A stretch of DNA of 64,000 nucleotides from Pseudomonadota bacterium (GTDB lineage: Bacteria > Pseudomonadota > Alphaproteobacteria > Sphingomonadales > Sphingomonadaceae): positions 140,468 through 204,467 of the forward strand of contig JAEXAW010000084.1 of NCBI GenBank assembly GCA_023458055.1, read 5' to 3'. The notes beneath the pieces were generated by a model, which worked only from the letters and a program-made list of their open reading frames with translations, was not told the origin of the DNA and did not search any database. Made by a program: the position numbers and the translations under genes. Position 1 is the first letter of the stretch. Each line of letters opens with the position of its first letter. This document shows, piece by piece, positions 50,445-59,357 of the stretch.

Positions 50445-51827
50445 CTATCCGTCCGCCAGCACCCGATGCCGCGCGGCGTAGAGGCCGAAGCTTGCGATGA
50501 CGAGATAGCAGATCACCGGCACGATGAGCGCGGTGGTAAGGCCCGCGCTATCGGCGACGGCGCCGACCAGCAATGGCACAATCGCGCCGCCGACAATCGC
50601 AGTGCAGAGGAGGCCCGAAGCTTGCGGGGCTTCTTCATGCAGGCCTTCGGTCGCAAGGCTGAAGATGGTCGGGAACATGATCGAGTTGCAGAAGCCGACC
50701 AGGATCAGCGCATAACCCGCCGTCGTCCCGCTGGTCAGCGCGGAGATTGCCACAAGGCTGATCGCGCCCGCCGCGAAGAGAGCGAGCAGCAATCCCGGCT
50801 TGGTCAGACGCAGCAGGAAGCCGCCGAGCAACCGTCCAACCATCGCGCCCCCCCAATAGAAAGCGAGAAGCTTGCCCGCCTCTTCATGGCTCAGCCCCAT
50901 CACCCGCTGTTCGCCGAGATAATTGACCATGATCGAGGCAATGCCGACTTCTGCGCCGACATAGAGGAAGATGCAGAGGACGCCAAAAGCAAGGCGTGGA
51001 TTGCGGAGCAGGCCGAAGGTTCCGGCAAACCGGGTTTCTTCGACCGTTTGTTCATTGAGCAAATTGCGCTTGGTCCAGAAAAAGGCAGCGATCAGCGCCA
51101 ACACTACCGCGAGGCCGACATAGGCTTTGGAGATCACCGCGCTTTCCGCGATGCGATATTGGGTGAGCGCGTCACCAGACAGGGTTGCCGGATCAACCGT
51201 GCTGGTCGCTTCCTCTCCCAGAATCATCCGCGCGCCGAAATAGACCATCAAGGTCACGCCGATCGAGTTGAACAATTGCGCGAAGGTCAGGCGACTATGC
51301 GCGGTCTTGGGATCGCCCACCTGGATGATCAGCGGATTGACCGCAACCTGCAGCAAGGTAATCCCGCCCCCGATCATGAACAGCGCAATGAGGAACATGC
51401 CGTACATGCCGGACTTCGCCGCAGGAATGAACAGCAGGCACGATAGTGCCATGATAGCAAAGCCAACCATGATCCCGCGGAAATAACCCAGCTTCTTCAT
51501 CAACAGGCCCGCTGGAATCGAAAATGCCGCGTAGCTTAGAAAAAATGCAAACTGCACCAGCATGGCTTGGGTATAATTGAGGCTAAACAGGCTTTTGAGC
51601 TTGGGCACCAATATGTCGTTCAAATTGGTGATGCCGCCGAACAGGAAGAAGACCGCGAACACCAGCAGCATGACTTGCGTCGCGCCTTGGGCCGGGCCGC
51701 CCGTGCTACCGCTGCCCGGCGCATATGTTTCCGCAACAGAACCATCCGGCCCGGCAACCGCTGCTTCATGCGTAGTCGTGTGGGGATTCCCCGAAGGCGG
51801 CAGGGCCATGCTATGTTCCTCTCTCAA
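50445..51827 (-). CDS. Sugar MFS transporter (glucose/galactose or fucose permease type)
   Basis: 460 aa, 12 TM segments. N-terminal region LFGGITNLNDILVPKLK is typical of FucP/GluP transporters. An alternative start lies at 51809. Confidence 0.85.
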   Translation of the reverse strand: MREEHSMALPPSGNPHTTTHEAAVAGPDGSVAETYAPGSGSTGGPAQGATQVMLLVFAVFFLFGGITNLNDILVPKLKSLFSLNYTQAMLVQFAFFLSYAAFSIPAGLLMKKLGYFRGIMVGFAIMALSCLLFIPAAKSGMYGMFLIALFMIGGGITLLQVAVNPLIIQVGDPKTAHSRLTFAQLFNSIGVTLMVYFGARMILGEEATSTVDPATLSGDALTQYRIAESAVISKAYVGLAVVLALIAAFFWTKRNLLNEQTVEETRFAGTFGLLRNPRLAFGVLCIFLYVGAEVGIASIMVNYLGEQRVMGLSHEEAGKLLAFYWGGAMVGRLLGGFLLRLTKPGLLLALFAAGAISLVAISALTSGTTAGYALILVGFCNSIMFPTIFSLATEGLHEEAPQASGLLCTAIVGGAIVPLLVGAVADSAGLTTALIVPVICYLVIASFGLYAARHRVLADG

Positions 51828-51992
51828 TGTCGCTTGTGCCAGGATCGCGTCTTGTGAGCGTGACGCTAACCGCTCCCCGCGTCAAGACTAGCGGACATAC
51901 GTATGTAAGACGCCTGAGCTACTCCTCCCTTGGGAGGGAGGGTGGAAGGCTCCACCCTTGCACCCCGCGCCGACAAACCCCATCATCAGCCC

Positions 51993-52973
51993 ATGACAAA
52001 ATATTCCCTGCTCGATCTGGTGCCCGTCGTTGAGGGCGGCACGGTTGCCCAATCGCTCGCCAATGCCGCCACGCTCGGCCGTCATGCCGAAACGCTGGGT
52101 TATACCCGCTATTGGGCGGCCGAACATCATGGCATGAACGGAATTGCGAGCGCGGCGACCAGCCTTGTCATCGCGCATGTTGCCGCCGCCACCTCGACCA
52201 TCCGCGTCGGCGCGGGCGGGATCATGCTCCCCAACCATGCGCCGTTGGTGATTGCCGAACAGTTCGGCACCCTCGATGCGCTGTATCCGGGGCGGATTGA
52301 CTTGGGGCTAGGTCGCGCGCCGGGGAGCGACCAGCGCGTGGCGGCGGCGCTCAGGCGCGGGCTCGATACCGACCCCAATGCCTTCCCGCGCGATATATTG
52401 GAGCTGCAAAGCTATTTCGCCGATGACGGGCAAACCGGCATCAGCGCGACGCCGGGGGCGGGCGCAAAGCCGGAGCTTTATATCCTCGGGAGCAGCCTTT
52501 ACGGCGCGCAGGTGGCCGCAGCGCTCGGCCTACCCTACGCCTTCGCCAGCCATTTCGCGCCGGATATGCTGGACGAAGCACTGGAAGTCTATCGCCGCAA
52601 TTTCCGCCCGAGTGAGCAGGCCCAGGAGCCTTATGCGATGGCGGGGTTCAACATCATCGCCGCGGATAGCGACGCCGAGGCCGAATATCTCGCGAGTTCG
52701 GTCCAGCAAAGCTTCGTCGCGCTGCGCACCGGCAACCCGCGCCAGCTCCCGCCGCCGGTCGAAGGCTATCGCGCGGGCCTTGATCCGCGGGCGAACGCGA
52801 TCCTCGACCATGTGCTGAGTTGCAGCGCCATCGGCTCGCCCGACACGGTCCGGGCCGGAGTAGAGCGCTTCATCGCCCGCACGCAAGTCGATGAGGTGAT
52901 TGTCGCGAGCAACCTGTTTGACTTTGAAGCGCGCAAGAAGAGTTTGGAGATTGCGGCGGGGGCGTTTTCATAA
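51993..52973 (+). CDS. LLM-class (luciferase-like) flavin-dependent oxidoreductase
   Basis: Starts at [21 protein letters not shown] motif present. Confidence 0.88.
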   Translation: MTKYSLLDLVPVVEGGTVAQSLANAATLGRHAETLGYTRYWAAEHHGMNGIASAATSLVIAHVAAATSTIRVGAGGIMLPNHAPLVIAEQFGTLDALYPGRIDLGLGRAPGSDQRVAAALRRGLDTDPNAFPRDILELQSYFADDGQTGISATPGAGAKPELYILGSSLYGAQVAAALGLPYAFASHFAPDMLDEALEVYRRNFRPSEQAQEPYAMAGFNIIAADSDAEAEYLASSVQQSFVALRTGNPRQLPPPVEGYRAGLDPRANAILDHVLSCSAIGSPDTVRAGVERFIARTQVDEVIVASNLFDFEARKKSLEIAAGAFS

Positions 52974-53030
52974 ACGCTAATCCCATCAAATAGGTTTGCG
53001 GACTATGGCGGCCGCGTTTAATGTGACGCC

Positions 53031-53339
53031 ATGAGCGATGCATTCCTCCACGGCACCGTGCACCAGGCGCAAGACGACATGCGCGCGGCGATCACCGCCG
53101 ATCCGGACCTGTTCGCCCTGTGGCAGAAACTGACCCCGCTCGGCCGCAACGAATTTATCTGCTGGGTCGATGACGCCAAACAAGCCGCCACCCGCGCCCG
53201 CCGGATCAAACGCACTGGCGAAGAATTGCTGGAAGGCAAAAAGCGCCCCTGCTGCTGGGCCGGCTGCATCCACCGCACCGACAAAGCGCCGGGGAAATGG
53301 CAGCAAGCGGTGTTGGTCGAGGGCCGGAGGACGCGCTGA
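53031..53339 (+). CDS. YdeI/OmpD-associated family protein
   Basis: 102 aa. The LTPLGRNEFICWVDDAKQAATRARRI block is typical of this family. Confidence 0.75.
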   Translation: MSDAFLHGTVHQAQDDMRAAITADPDLFALWQKLTPLGRNEFICWVDDAKQAATRARRIKRTGEELLEGKKRPCCWAGCIHRTDKAPGKWQQAVLVEGRRTR

Positions 53340-53521
53340 ACAGGTTTTGGTTGCCGATTTACGGCCTGGTCAAAGCCGTTGCCGATGGGCTCAACCTTCC
53401 TTACACACCGGTTGAACAAGCGTGGGGTAAGATGGAGACATTTTATGCTACGCTCGTTGATGGCTTAACTAAACAGAAGTGAGCGGGTGTAGGTCCGCAC
53501 GGATGAGGAGAAGAAGCAACA

Positions 53522-53770
53522 ATGGCACGAAAGCCCGAAAATTCCGAAGACGGAAACGCGGAAAATGAAGTTCTGCGCGAAGCGAGGCGTCACGCGGAAA
53601 TTGCCGGTGCGAAAGCACGCAAGGAAAAATCGGCCAGCCGCGCCCGTGTCCGCAGCACCGATAAAGAGGCGGGCGGCAAAGGGCTTGACTGGAAGGCAGC
53701 CGCAGGTCTGGGCATCGGTTCGGCGGCATTGCTGGCGGCTCTGCTTTATTCAAAGAGTGACAAGAAATAA
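53522..53770 (+). CDS. Small basic hypothetical protein with a C-terminal TM anchor
   Basis: 82 aa. RBS GAGGAG upstream. C-terminal AAAGLGIGSAALLAALLY hydrophobic segment. Confidence 0.45.
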   Translation: MARKPENSEDGNAENEVLREARRHAEIAGAKARKEKSASRARVRSTDKEAGGKGLDWKAAAGLGIGSAALLAALLYSKSDKK

Positions 53771-53774
53771 GCGC

Positions 53775-54026
53775 ATTACGCTTTATCCCGACGTTCAAAC
53801 CGGATCGCCATATCCGTTGAGAGGCCCTGCGCGCCGCGGCGGCTTCAGCGGATGAAGCGGTTATAGATCGTCCCTTCGACACGTTCGGGGCAGGCTTGCG
53901 GGACCCATAGCCCTTGGGCGCACATCAGACCATGTTTGATGATATAGAGGATTCCGGCACAATCCGCCGGTCATCCACCTCTGGGACCCTGTGCAACGGC
54001 GAAAAAATGCGGTTCATCCGACACAT
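53775..54026 (-). pseudogene. Decayed N-terminal fragment of an IS5-family (DUF4096-type) transposase
   Basis: Minus-strand pieces lie in shifting frames: NRIFSPLHRVPEVDDRRIV / GILYIIKHGLM / APKGYG / TIYNRFIR-stop-SRRG. They follow the conserved ...PRVDDRRVLSGIIFV.RNGLRWRDAP.EYGP.KT.YNRF.RWSRRGVW pattern. At least two frameshifts and one in-frame stop. No DDE domain follows. Confidence 0.65.
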
Positions 54027-54106
54027 CCCTCTTATGATATCGTTCTTGTAACTTGATCTTTTGCGGCTGCCGTTAAACAGTGGGCGCAGGAAAAGGGAGA
54101 ATATTT

Positions 54107-55240
54107 ATGGCGGGCGTGCTTTCGGGGTTCAGGATTATCGAATTTGCAGGGCTTGGCCCGGGGCCGTTTTGCGCGATGATGCTTGCCGATCATGGCGCGG
54201 AGGTGATCCGCATCGACCGGCCCGGCGCGGGGAGCGATCCGCGCGATCCGATCACCCGCAACCGCCGCAGCCTTGTCCTCGACATGAAAAAACCCGAAGC
54301 GATTGCGGTTGCGCGCAAATTATGCGCGAGCGCCGATGCGATCATCGAAGGCTATCGTCCGGGCGTGATGGAACGTTTCGGCTTGGGGCCGGATGTACTC
54401 CTCGCCGACAATCCCGACCTGGTTTATGGCCGCATGACGGGCTGGGGCCAATATGGGCCCTATGCCGCGAGCGCGGGGCATGACATCAACTATATCGCGC
54501 TGTCGGGGGTGCTCCACACCATCGGCAAGGCGGGCGAAAAACCGACCGTGCCGATGAATTATATCGGCGATTTCGGCGGCGGCGGCATGATGCTCGCCTT
54601 TGGCATTGTGGCCGCTTTGCTTGCGGTCAAGGCGGGGACGGCAAGGGGGCAAGTCATTGACTGCGCGATGACCGATGGATCGGCGGTGCTGGCCGCGATG
54701 ACCTGGGGCTTTCATGCCATGGGCCGCCATGCCGATCAGGCGGGCGTCAATATGCTCGATGGCGGCGCACATTTTTACGACAGCTATGAATGCGCGGACG
54801 GCAAATATATCTCGGTCGGGTCGATCGAGCCGCAATTTTATGCGCTGTTGCGGGAAAAGACCGGGCTTGCCGAAGACCCCGATTTCGACGCGCAGTTCGT
54901 TCCCACCCGCTGGCCGGAATTAAAGCAGAAGCTGGCGGCCATTTTCGCGCAAAAAACCCGCGATGAATGGTGCGCAATCATGGAAATGACCGACGTTTGT
55001 TTCGCACCGATCCTGTCGCTCGGTGAAGCGCCGCAGCATCCGCACAATGTCGCGCGGCAGACTTTTGTCGAGGTCGGCGGCGCGGTCCAGCCCGCCCCTG
55101 CCCCGCGCTTTTCGGAGACCGTAGCAGCCGTGCCGCAGCCGACGCCCGATACCGGCGCCGACAGCGCCGCTTTGCTGGCCGCGCTTGGGCTTGATGAGGC
55201 CGAGGTCGAAAGCCTGCGCGCCGCCGGAGCCGTCGCATGA
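54107..55240 (+). CDS. CaiB/BaiF-family CoA transferase (alpha-methylacyl-CoA racemase-like)
   Basis: Starts at MAGVLSGFRIIEFAGLGPGPFCAMMLADHGAEVIRIDRP, the family signature N-terminus. RBS AAGGGAGA. Confidence 0.9.
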   Translation: MAGVLSGFRIIEFAGLGPGPFCAMMLADHGAEVIRIDRPGAGSDPRDPITRNRRSLVLDMKKPEAIAVARKLCASADAIIEGYRPGVMERFGLGPDVLLADNPDLVYGRMTGWGQYGPYAASAGHDINYIALSGVLHTIGKAGEKPTVPMNYIGDFGGGGMMLAFGIVAALLAVKAGTARGQVIDCAMTDGSAVLAAMTWGFHAMGRHADQAGVNMLDGGAHFYDSYECADGKYISVGSIEPQFYALLREKTGLAEDPDFDAQFVPTRWPELKQKLAAIFAQKTRDEWCAIMEMTDVCFAPILSLGEAPQHPHNVARQTFVEVGGAVQPAPAPRFSETVAAVPQPTPDTGADSAALLAALGLDEAEVESLRAAGAVA

Positions 55241-56037
55241 CCGCGCCGATCCTCACGAGCCGCGATGGCGCGATCCTCACCGTCACCTTGAACCAGCCGG
55301 ACAAGCGCAATCCGATTTCCGACAATGGCCTGATCGATGCGCTGCTGGCGGCGCTCGACGAGGCGGAGCGGGACATTGGCGTCCGCGTCGTGATTCTGAC
55401 CGGCGCGGGCCCCGCCTTTTCGGCGGGCGGCGATCTTAAGCAGATGAAGGAGGGTAAGGGCCTGCGCGCCGACCTTCCTGCGCAAACGCGGCGCAATTAT
55501 CGCGAGGGCATCCAGCGCCTGCCGCTCGCTTTTCACGCGATGGAATTGCCGGTGATCGCGGCGATCAACGGCCATGCTATCGGCGCGGGTCTCGACCTTG
55601 CCTGCATGTGCGATATCCGGATTGCGGGGAAAAGCGCGAAATTCGCCGAAAGCTTCGTCAAGCTCGGCATTGTTCCGGGCGGTGGCGGGGCCTGGCTGTT
55701 GCCGCGCATCGTCGGCTTTTCCAAGGCGTGCGAACTGACGCTCACCGGTGAGACATTCGATGCCGAGGCGGCATTGGCGATGGGCCTGGTCTCGCAGGTC
55801 GTGCCCGATGCCGACCTTCTCGCCGCCGCGCGGACCATTGCAGACAAGATCGCCGCCAACCCGCCGCACGCGGTGCGGATGACCAAGCGGCTGCTGCGTC
55901 AGGGGCAGGATACGACGCTTGCCAATCTCCTCGAAATGTCGGCGGCGATGCAGAGCCTTGCCCATGCGACCCGCGACAATGACGAGGCGATCAATGCCTT
56001 CCTCGAACGGCGCGCGCCGGTGTTCAAGGGCGATTGA
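55237..56037 (+). CDS. Enoyl-CoA hydratase/isomerase (crotonase) family protein
   Basis: 266 aa with AAINGHAIGAGLDLACMCDIR oxyanion-hole region. 4-nt overlap with the upstream gene. Confidence 0.9.
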   Translation: MTAPILTSRDGAILTVTLNQPDKRNPISDNGLIDALLAALDEAERDIGVRVVILTGAGPAFSAGGDLKQMKEGKGLRADLPAQTRRNYREGIQRLPLAFHAMELPVIAAINGHAIGAGLDLACMCDIRIAGKSAKFAESFVKLGIVPGGGGAWLLPRIVGFSKACELTLTGETFDAEAALAMGLVSQVVPDADLLAAARTIADKIAANPPHAVRMTKRLLRQGQDTTLANLLEMSAAMQSLAHATRDNDEAINAFLERRAPVFKGD

Positions 56038-56129
56038 TACAATTTGCGACAATTTTTGTCGCTCGCTGACAAAATTACGGCACAGACCGGGTCCATATCC
56101 GCATCATCAGGGATGAAGCGTTCAACCCC

Positions 56130-56174
56130 TTCGCGAAAGTCGGGCCGCCGCTCCCATGCGGCCCCTTTCGCGAA
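56130..56174 (+). promoter_or_regulatory. Long imperfect stem-loop in the leader of the EF-hand gene
   Basis: TTCGCGAAAG-tc-GGGCCGC-cgctcccat-GCGGCCC-CTTTCGCGAA (10 + 7 bp), ending 24 nt before the ATG at 56198. No U-run follows. Confidence 0.35.
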
Positions 56175-56197
56175 CCCGAACAGGATATGAGAGAGTA

Positions 56198-56851
56198 ATG
56201 GATATGAACAAGAAAATCTGGATCGGCTCGCTCGCAGCGCTGACCCTCGCGGGCGGCGGTGTCGCTATCGCGCAGACGCAGGGCCATGACGGCCACAAGA
56301 TGCGCGGCGGCAAGGGCGGCATGATGATGACGGCCGATGCCAATAAGGATGGCACCATCACCCGTGCCGAAGCCGACGCGGCTGCTACCGCCCATTTCGC
56401 GAAGATGGACGTCAACAAGGATGGCAAGCTCGATCAGGCGGACCGCGAGGCCATGCGCGCCCAGTTCAAAGCGCAGGCGTTTGACAAGCTTGATGCCAAT
56501 GATGATGGCGCGATTTCGAAGGGCGAATTTGACGCCCCCCGCGCCGCGCGTCCGGATGGCGAGCGTGGCCCCGAAGGCATGCGCGGCAAGCGCGGTGGCC
56601 GGGGTGGTCATGGCGGCATGATGGGCGGCATGGGCGGTATGCGGGACCACATGGCCGATGCCGACACCAATGGCGATAAAGCCATCAGCCTCGCCGAATT
56701 CCAGGCAGCGCACACCGCGCGCTTCAATGCGATGGACACGAACAAGGATGGCAACGTCACCAAGGCTGAAATGGATGCGCACCGCGCGGCCATGAAGGCA
56801 GAGTGGCAGGCCAAGCGCGCTGCGGCGCGCACGAACAACAACGCGAACTGA
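56198..56851 (+). CDS. Secreted multi-EF-hand calcium-binding protein with Gly/Met/His-rich segments
   Basis: Signal peptide MDMNKKIWIGSLAALTLAGGGVAIA. Five EF-hand loops (DANKDGTITRAE, DVNKDGKLDQAD, DANDDGAISKGE, DTNGDKAISLAE, DTNKDGNVTKAE). Confidence 0.85.
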   Translation: MDMNKKIWIGSLAALTLAGGGVAIAQTQGHDGHKMRGGKGGMMMTADANKDGTITRAEADAAATAHFAKMDVNKDGKLDQADREAMRAQFKAQAFDKLDANDDGAISKGEFDAPRAARPDGERGPEGMRGKRGGRGGHGGMMGGMGGMRDHMADADTNGDKAISLAEFQAAHTARFNAMDTNKDGNVTKAEMDAHRAAMKAEWQAKRAAARTNNNAN

Positions 56852-56924
56852 TCCTCCCGCGTTGATGTGCGTCCGTTCGGGGGGCTCCCTTAAAGGGCCG
56901 AAAAGCACCCGAACGGATAAAGAA

Positions 56925-56971
56925 GGAGCCGGACCACATTCTCTCCCCCCTTGGTCCGGCTCCGTTTTTTT
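56925..56971 (+). terminator. Rho-independent terminator after the EF-hand gene
   Basis: 12-bp stem GGAGCCGGACCA...TGGTCCGGCTCC followed by GTTTTTTT. Confidence 0.85.
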
Positions 56972-57011
56972 GCGGGCTGTATAAAGTCCGCTGACGGGGT
57001 AACATCTGCTC

Positions 57012-57749
57012 ATGTCCGATACGTCGCACGCCCTTCCGCATATCCTCATCATCGATGACGAGCGCTCGATCCGCGAGCCGCTGGGCGAATATCTCGAAGG
57101 ACATGGCTTTCGCGTGAAGGAAGCAGCGTCCGCCGATGCGGCCCGCACCTTGCTCGCGGCGAACCAGTTTGATCTTGCGATTTGCGATATCATGATGCCG
57201 GGCGAAGATGGACTATCGCTCACCCGCCATATCCGCGAGCGCGGCGACATGCCGGTCATTCTCCTCACCGCCCGTACCGAAGATACCGAGCGCATTGTCG
57301 GCCTGGAAATGGGTGCCGACGATTATGTCGGAAAGCCCTTCAACCCGCGCGAACTGGTCGCGCGCATCAAGGCGGTGCTGCGCCGCACCGCGCTTGCCGG
57401 CGAACGCGTCAGTGGCGATGGCGGCGAAAGCTTTGCCTTTGGCGACTGGGTGCTCAAAACCACCGAGCGCGCGCTGGTCGACAAGGACGGCGTGACCGTG
57501 CCGCTGTCGACCGGCGAATATCAGCTGTTGCTGGCGTTAGTGCGCCATCCCAATCAGGTGCTGAGCCGCGACCGGCTGCTCGACATGACGCAGGGGCGCG
57601 AGGCCGAAGCGTTTGATCGCGCGATCGACAATCAGGTCTCGCGCCTGCGCCGCAAGATCGAGCCGGACCCTAAAAATCCGACGCTGGTTCGCACCGTCTG
57701 GGGCGGCGGCTATACGCTGGCGAGCGACGTCAAGCGGATCGCGGATTGA
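57012..57749 (+). CDS. OmpR-family response regulator
   Basis: 245 aa. Receiver domain (ILIIDDE, DIMMPGEDG) plus a winged-helix output domain (RTVWGGGYTL). Confidence 0.93.
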   Translation: MSDTSHALPHILIIDDERSIREPLGEYLEGHGFRVKEAASADAARTLLAANQFDLAICDIMMPGEDGLSLTRHIRERGDMPVILLTARTEDTERIVGLEMGADDYVGKPFNPRELVARIKAVLRRTALAGERVSGDGGESFAFGDWVLKTTERALVDKDGVTVPLSTGEYQLLLALVRHPNQVLSRDRLLDMTQGREAEAFDRAIDNQVSRLRRKIEPDPKNPTLVRTVWGGGYTLASDVKRIAD

Positions 57750-57759
57750 GGCGGCGCTG

Positions 57760-59205
57760 ATGGCGGCATCGTCCAATTCCTTCTTCTCGCGACTGCTTCC
57801 GAAAAGTCTGGTCGGGCAGCTGCTCCTCGCAACTGCGGTCGCGCTGTTCATTGCGCAGGCGGTGAGCTTTGCCCTCCTCGCGCGCGGACAGGCGGAGCAG
57901 CGCACCATCCGGCTCGCCATTCCCGCTGCGAACCGCATCATCGATATGTCCGACCGCATCGCCGTGGGGCAGCAGCCCTTGCCACAGCGGCGCGGGCGCC
58001 GCACCGCGCGCATCATCGTCAATCTTGCCGACCAGCCGGTTGTCACCTCCGCGATGGAGCAGGATCCGCGGACCGCGCAGCAAGTTCGCGAGATTTTGTC
58101 CGAGGCCAATCTCTCTGTGCAGGCGGTCCGCGCGAGCGAGGTTGACGGCCCGCCGCACCGGCACAAGCTGCCCTTGCTACAGGCCGGGCCGCTGGGTTCG
58201 CAGCCGGATTTTGCCGGCCCGCGTGCTGATCGTCCGAAGAACCGGCTGGAGGCCGCGCACCAACCGCGCGACGTCAATACCATGCTGGTGTCGGCGCAGC
58301 TGGAGGATGGCCGCTGGGTCAATCTCGCCCTGCCCGCGCCCGAAACCAATCCGATGCTGTTCGGCCTGCTCGGCGGGCAGACTGCGCTTCTCTATCTGCT
58401 CCTGCTCGCGCCGATTGCGTGGATCGGCTGGCGCGTGTCGCGGCCGCTGAAGGAACTCACCGCCGCCGCGCGCGCGACCGATCCTGCCGCCGCCGCTGAA
58501 CCCATCCCCGAAAGCGGGCCAGCCGATGTCACCGACCTCACCCGCGCGTTCAACAGTCTGCGCTCGCGCATCTTTGCCATGCTCGGGGAAAAAGACCGGA
58601 TGCTGGGCGCGCTCGGCCATGATCTGCGCACGCCGCTCGCCTCGCTCCGGGTGCGGGTTGAATCGGTCGCGGATGAAACGCTGCGCACCAAGATGATCGC
58701 GACGATGGACGAAATGGCGGTGATGCTCGACGACATTCTCGCGCTCGCCCGGTCAGGTCAGGTGCGCGAAGCGATGGTCGCGACCGACGTCTCGGCGCTG
58801 CTTTCGGCCGTCGTCGGCGACTATAGGGATATGGGCGCGGATGTGACGCTCGGCGAAACGCCGCCGCATCTGGTGCGCGCGCTGCACCCGGTACCGATGC
58901 GCCGCGCGCTGCGCAACCTCGTCGACAATGCGCTCAATTATGGCCAGCGGGCGCGGGTGAGCGTGCTGGAAACGGGCGGACGGGCGATCATCCGCATCGC
59001 CGATGATGGTCCCGGCATCGCGCCCGAACGGATTGCCGAGATGATGGAGCCCTTCGCCCGCGCCGAAGGTTCGCGCAGCCGCGAAACCGGCGGAGCGGGC
59101 TTGGGCCTCGCGCTCGCCAAGACGATCATCGCGCAACAGGGCGGAGAATTGCGACTCAGCAACGCGCCCGAAGGCGGGCTGATCGCAGAAATCCTGCTGG
59201 CGTGA
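57760..59205 (+). CDS. Sensor histidine kinase (HisKA/HATPase_c)
   Basis: Starts at MAASSNSFFSRLL (Met50 of the ORF). Two TM segments, H-box LGALGHDLRTPL, N box DNALNYG, and G boxes DDGPGI / GGAGLGLALA. Confidence 0.9.
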   Translation: MAASSNSFFSRLLPKSLVGQLLLATAVALFIAQAVSFALLARGQAEQRTIRLAIPAANRIIDMSDRIAVGQQPLPQRRGRRTARIIVNLADQPVVTSAMEQDPRTAQQVREILSEANLSVQAVRASEVDGPPHRHKLPLLQAGPLGSQPDFAGPRADRPKNRLEAAHQPRDVNTMLVSAQLEDGRWVNLALPAPETNPMLFGLLGGQTALLYLLLLAPIAWIGWRVSRPLKELTAAARATDPAAAAEPIPESGPADVTDLTRAFNSLRSRIFAMLGEKDRMLGALGHDLRTPLASLRVRVESVADETLRTKMIATMDEMAVMLDDILALARSGQVREAMVATDVSALLSAVVGDYRDMGADVTLGETPPHLVRALHPVPMRRALRNLVDNALNYGQRARVSVLETGGRAIIRIADDGPGIAPERIAEMMEPFARAEGSRSRETGGAGLGLALAKTIIAQQGGELRLSNAPEGGLIAEILLA

Positions 59206-59210
59206 GCGAC

Positions 59211-59342
59211 CCCCACCCTCCCTTCCAGGGAGGGTCGAAAAATCTTTGATTTTTCGGGGTGGGTAAAACATCGGAGGGTGGCGCTAACTACCCACCCCAA
59301 AAAAGCGTGCCGCTTTTTTGACCCTCCCTAGAAGGGAGGGTG
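59211..59342. repeat. Inverted pair of family-A double-hairpin units between convergent genes
   Basis: Units at 59211-59264 and 59289-59342. Hairpins ACCCTCCCT-tcca-GGGAGGGT and ACCCTCCCT-agaa-GGGAGGGT. The variable hairpins are CGAAAAATC-tttg-ATTTTTCG and AAAAAAGCG-tgc-CGCTTTTTT. Confidence 0.8.
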
Positions 59343-59357
59343 CGGCCCATCTTTACC

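Noticed and set aside
53297-53482. 61-aa ORF overlapping the 3' end of the YdeI-family gene.
   Set aside because: Its first third overlaps YdeI in another frame and there is no clear RBS. The distal part (FWLPIYGLVKAVADGLNLPYTPVEQAWGKMETFYATLVDGL) looks protein-like. A shorter real gene or a gene fragment cannot be excluded, but it is not supportable from sequence alone.
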